Shown here in pieces: positions 16,809 through 20,000 of a stretch of DNA of 20,000 nucleotides. The number at the start of each line of letters is the position of its first letter. The first letter of the stretch is position 1. Position numbers and translations under genes: made by a program. The stretch is taken from the IMG/VR virus record IMGVR_UViG_3300048836_000416. One strand, given 5' to 3'. The notes beneath the pieces were generated by a model that was not told the DNA's origin, did no database searches, and saw nothing but the letters and a program-made list of their open reading frames with translations. The DNA comes from an uncultured virus (IMG/VR IMGVR_UViG_3300048836_000416). Lineage: Duplodnaviria; Heunggongvirae; Uroviricota; Caudoviricetes.

Positions 16809-17464
16809 TGACAAAGGGAGAAGCGGTTGACGTAATATACCTCCATGTGAATGGAGGTAAAGCATCCTCGGATAACAACATCAAGAGGGACGAGATCGCC
16901 GTGTATTTCCCAACGGCGCTCGGTGTCGCAATCAAGGGGCATATCTTTGAATTAAAGCAGATGGCAATGGCCGAGAAAAACTCTGGCGCCTTGCTTTATG
17001 AGAACTCCCTGCCGGAAGGGTTTTACACCACTTTCGAGGGAACCCCTGTGAACGACACCGAGCGCATGGTTTATAAATTGGTTCTGCCAAAGCTTATCGC
17101 CCTGCCGTATGGATGGGCAGTAAGAAACCCCAGGGCAAAAAAGAATCCTGGCGCCGACTTTATGCGGCTGCCAAACTCTTCGATTACCTCGGCCTTTGAA
17201 TCAGTATTCGCCGGCGTGTATTCGTACTGGACCGAAGATGCAGAGTCAGAGACTACTTTGTTCTTGAACAACCTGCCGGCGCCAATCTGCCCAATGCTCG
17301 TTTCGATCATCAAAGACCCGAGCGACATTGAAGATGACGACAAAATTGATGCGCCGGATGACGTGATTAATGGCGCTATCCGTATCGCAACCGAATATTT
17401 CCGCTCAACATCAAACGCCTCACGTCGTCACGACGACAAGGGCACAAAAGAAGGTGAGTCCTAA
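16808..17464 (+). CDS. Putative tail ring/adaptor protein 2 (218 aa)
   Basis: TAATG-coupled. N-terminal helix-GG-helix (YLHVNGGKASSDNNIKRDEI), LPKLIALP and C-terminal IDAPDDVINGAI are consistent with ring-protein paralogs. Confidence 0.55.
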   Translation: MTKGEAVDVIYLHVNGGKASSDNNIKRDEIAVYFPTALGVAIKGHIFELKQMAMAEKNSGALLYENSLPEGFYTTFEGTPVNDTERMVYKLVLPKLIALPYGWAVRNPRAKKNPGADFMRLPNSSITSAFESVFAGVYSYWTEDAESETTLFLNNLPAPICPMLVSIIKDPSDIEDDDKIDAPDDVINGAIRIATEYFRSTSNASRRHDDKGTKEGES

Positions 17465-18450
17465 TGAATGATCGTTTCACTTCCCCGGTAAGCATTGCGA
17501 AGCAGATGTGTGTCCTGAATGGCGACACCTCTTTCTCGCACCTGGCGCGCGTAATGGTTGCGGTCGGCCGGGCGACAACCGATGTGTATCAAGAGGCTAT
17601 CCCTTCGGTTAAGTCTGAGTTCGTACAAATTCAAGGCAACCTGACGGCTCCGATCCCAAATGGCGGCGCCCGGATATTAAAGGTTGGTATCTTGAATAAC
17701 CACGGCCAGATCATTCACCTGTATGAGGATAACCGTCTTCGCCGGTACAAGAAAAACTTTCTGGACCAACGCGCAGAAAACTGCGAAGATGATACGACTG
17801 ATATTGAAAACAGCATCATAGACAAACCAATCCCCAAAGAATACTATGATCCAGGCGAATGGTATCACGGCTGCCCGCACAACGTAGGCGACTACGGCGA
17901 GTTGTATGGCTACCGGTTCGATCCTGCCTCTATCGGCACCTGGCGGGCAAATGAAGTGGATGGAGTGATTGAATTTGGCACTGGCCCGTTCGTGCAAGAA
18001 GGTCGGTGGATTATTGTGGAGTTCAAGGACATGAGCGAAGGCCGGTTTGCTACCATTCCCTCGGAAGCGGTTGCCGCAATAATGACCAGGGCTGCATGGT
18101 GGTTAAACCCCAACCAAGGGCGGATGCAGGACTTCAAGCGCGAATATTTACAGTACCGCAAGAATATGCTCCGGCTTGATCCTCTTGAGTACCTGAGAGG
18201 CATAGGAAGCGATAAGCGGGCGCCGTATGCTACGGTATCCGGGTCAGCGTCCTCTACCACATCAACTACGGCTTCATCGTCAACTACGACGACAATTATA
18301 ACAACAGCGACATTAAATTATTACAACGACGACGCAGCGGCAATCGCCGATGGGTTGGAGCCCGGTGACGAGTATTTGCTCACCGACATTTCTTTGAACA
18401 ATTATTCCCTCCCTGGAGGGCTTCATAAAACAGTCTACGGCGGACCATGA
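17464..18450 (+). CDS. Putative tail ring/adaptor protein 3, fused through a Ser/Thr linker to a small C-terminal domain (328 aa)
   Basis: APIPNGGARILKVGIL...GVIEF...IIVEF...IPSEAVAAI fits a ring-protein pattern. It is followed by SGSASSTTSTTASSSTTTTIITT and YYNDDAAAIADGLEPGDEYLL. Confidence 0.6.
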   Translation: MNDRFTSPVSIAKQMCVLNGDTSFSHLARVMVAVGRATTDVYQEAIPSVKSEFVQIQGNLTAPIPNGGARILKVGILNNHGQIIHLYEDNRLRRYKKNFLDQRAENCEDDTTDIENSIIDKPIPKEYYDPGEWYHGCPHNVGDYGELYGYRFDPASIGTWRANEVDGVIEFGTGPFVQEGRWIIVEFKDMSEGRFATIPSEAVAAIMTRAAWWLNPNQGRMQDFKREYLQYRKNMLRLDPLEYLRGIGSDKRAPYATVSGSASSTTSTTASSSTTTTIITTATLNYYNDDAAAIADGLEPGDEYLLTDISLNNYSLPGGLHKTVYGGP

Positions 18451-20000
18451 GATATTTCCTTGCTATCGTTTTACTCCTCGGCGTATTCACCGCCTTTGCA
18501 CAAAAGAACAAATTTAAAGGCGCCGGTTTTGATTATACCAAGACGGCGCCAAATTATATCCCAGTTCGCGGAACCGAGTCGGAGATCGCTATTGACTCCC
18601 TTACCGGGAAGTGGATGCAGTATTCCTACCAATCCGCCGAATGGTGGCACCTGGGTTATTTCGTGACCGAAACCGGCACGTCAGGGTCCCCGTCATACAC
18701 CCCAAATAAAGTAAAAAGCGTCATGGCCATCAACGCCGGCGACTCTTTGTACCATTACCGCGCAGGCACCTGGCGGCTGATTGCCGGTGGCGGCGGAGGC
18801 GCAGGGATTGCCGATGGCGACAAGGGCGATGTAGATGTAACTGACGGTGGCGAAACCTGGACAATTGACACTGGGGCAATCACGATGATCAAAATTAACC
18901 AGGCTGGAGCCGCTGTTGGGCAGGTGATAAAATGGAACGGCACCGCTTGGGCGCCGGCCGATGATGAAACATCTGCAACGGGCGCTGGTGGAATATATGG
19001 TCCAAGTGACTTGGTTACATACCATCATACCGCCACGGTAGACTCCGGGCTCACTTTCTCCTCGGCAGAAGACACTGCGTACTTCAACATAATCATGGCG
19101 CCCGGCGCGTTTGGGTCTGCTGCATATTTCAACTCAGACTCTATCCGTCTTCGCCGGTATGACGTAGGGGGATCGAATGAGGTGATTCTTAATTCAGACG
19201 GCATTCTTTTAAAAACAACCACCCCTGACCGCGTAACTATTCAAGGCACCGATGCCAGGTCTGCCGCCGATTACCGGGCCACATATTCCGCTCGTAGTTT
19301 TATTGACAAGCAATACGGCGACGATTTCTACCTCCAGGAGGTAGACAGTCTCCGGGTTTCAAACGACACGCTTTACATCTCCCTGGCCCGGGACTCCGTG
19401 CCAGAGAAGTTTGTAGTGCTGCCGGCCAGCGATGATACCTCTGGGTATAATTTGGATTTCCGGGTTTCAAACGACACGCTCTACATCGAAGATGCCGATG
19501 GCGCATTGTTTGTTGACCTGGAGCCGTATAAAGATAACACGGACACCTCGGGGTATAACTTGGGCGCCAGGATATCGGGAGACACTTTGTATATCCGAGA
19601 TGGTGATGGTGAGGTATCCGTTGCCTTGCCCGCCGACGCCGATGGCCAAACACTTTCAATCGATAGCGTATCATTGGTGAGTGGCGAGCGCTTTCAGATT
19701 ACGATCTCAGGCGGCAATTCTGTTTACTTTGATGTACCGGCTGATACCGACAATCAGACATTGGACACTTTCGAGATCGTCTCTAATGTCCTTAGAGCCT
19801 CTTTAACTGACGATGGCGTTCCATTTAAGTCGGTGAGCCTGGCTCCTTATCTTGACAATACCGACGCGCAAACACTTTCGGTTGACTCTACGGACATAGG
19901 CGGGATCATTGAACGTTTTGAGGTTTCTATCTCGAACGGAAACTCAGTCTACATTGACGTTCCTCAAGTGTCCGGGTCCGGGGCCGGGCAGAACAATGTC
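18447..20000 (+). CDS. Signal-peptide-bearing tail-fibre/adhesin-like repeat protein, N-terminal 518 aa (runs off the window; absent from the ORF track)
   Basis: The ATG overlaps the previous stop (ATGA). Manual translation is open to the window end: MRYFLAIVLLLGVFTAFA|QKNKFKG...GGGGGAGIADGDKGDVDVTDGGETWTID...GQVIKWNGTAWAPADD...RVSNDTLYI...DNTDAQTLSV...ISNGNSVYIDVP. Confidence 0.88.
   Translation, partial: MRYFLAIVLLLGVFTAFAQKNKFKGAGFDYTKTAPNYIPVRGTESEIAIDSLTGKWMQYSYQSAEWWHLGYFVTETGTSGSPSYTPNKVKSVMAINAGDSLYHYRAGTWRLIAGGGGGAGIADGDKGDVDVTDGGETWTIDTGAITMIKINQAGAAVGQVIKWNGTAWAPADDETSATGAGGIYGPSDLVTYHHTATVDSGLTFSSAEDTAYFNIIMAPGAFGSAAYFNSDSIRLRRYDVGGSNEVILNSDGILLKTTTPDRVTIQGTDARSAADYRATYSARSFIDKQYGDDFYLQEVDSLRVSNDTLYISLARDSVPEKFVVLPASDDTSGYNLDFRVSNDTLYIEDADGALFVDLEPYKDNTDTSGYNLGARISGDTLYIRDGDGEVSVALPADADGQTLSIDSVSLVSGERFQITISGGNSVYFDVPADTDNQTLDTFEIVSNVLRASLTDDGVPFKSVSLAPYLDNTDAQTLSVDSTDIGGIIERFEVSISNGNSVYIDVPQVSGSGAGQNNV
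19351..19630 (+). repeat. 108-bp (36-aa) tandem intragenic repeat, about 2.5-3 copies
   Basis: tccgggtttcaaacgacacgct is identical at 19351-19372 and 19459-19480. gatacctctgggtataatttgg (19434) matches gacacctcggggtataacttgg (19542). Both offsets are 108 bp. Confidence 0.85.

Noticed and set aside
19351..19487. 22-bp direct repeat as a possible CRISPR array or DGR TR/VR pair
   Set aside because: Only two exact copies, in-frame at 108 bp inside a coding repeat. No cas or reverse-transcriptase gene is present, and there is no adenine-specific mismatch pattern.
18460..19680. Short ORFs in the track across 18.4-19.7 kb suggesting a non-coding or pseudogene region
   Set aside because: All are explained by one uninterrupted + strand ORF from 18447 that has no stop within the window.

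Overview
Late (morphogenesis) region of a tailed dsDNA phage or prophage. The host is very likely Bacteroidota, judged from TAnnTTTG promoters, AT-rich leaders with no Shine-Dalgarno and signal peptides followed by Gln. The + strand carries, in order: the 3' end of a C5-cytosine methyltransferase; small Cys-rich ORFs; a stand-alone secreted-protein cassette; a complete chaperonin module (GroEL, GroES and a tandem two-domain GroES), with an Acb2/Tad1-like ORF and a degenerate tRNA-like element between groEL and groES; a putative TerS; TerL; portal; scaffold-like protein; major capsid protein; further structural and ring-like proteins with an interposed duplicated membrane protein; and the start of a long fibre/adhesin-like gene (18447 to the window end) that the ORF track misses. 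An antisense, catalytically degenerate HNH-AP2 gene lies between TerL and portal and shares a palindromic divergent promoter with portal. Gene order and sizes resemble crAss-like/Bacteroidota podoviral capsid modules. The two most unusual signals are (1) a fibre-like protein at the end of the virion operon that has a Sec signal peptide and many Bacteroidota O-glycosylation sequons, and (2) a phage GroEL paired with both Cpn10-like and Cpn20-like co-chaperonins. All family assignments come from motif recognition by eye; no searches were run.
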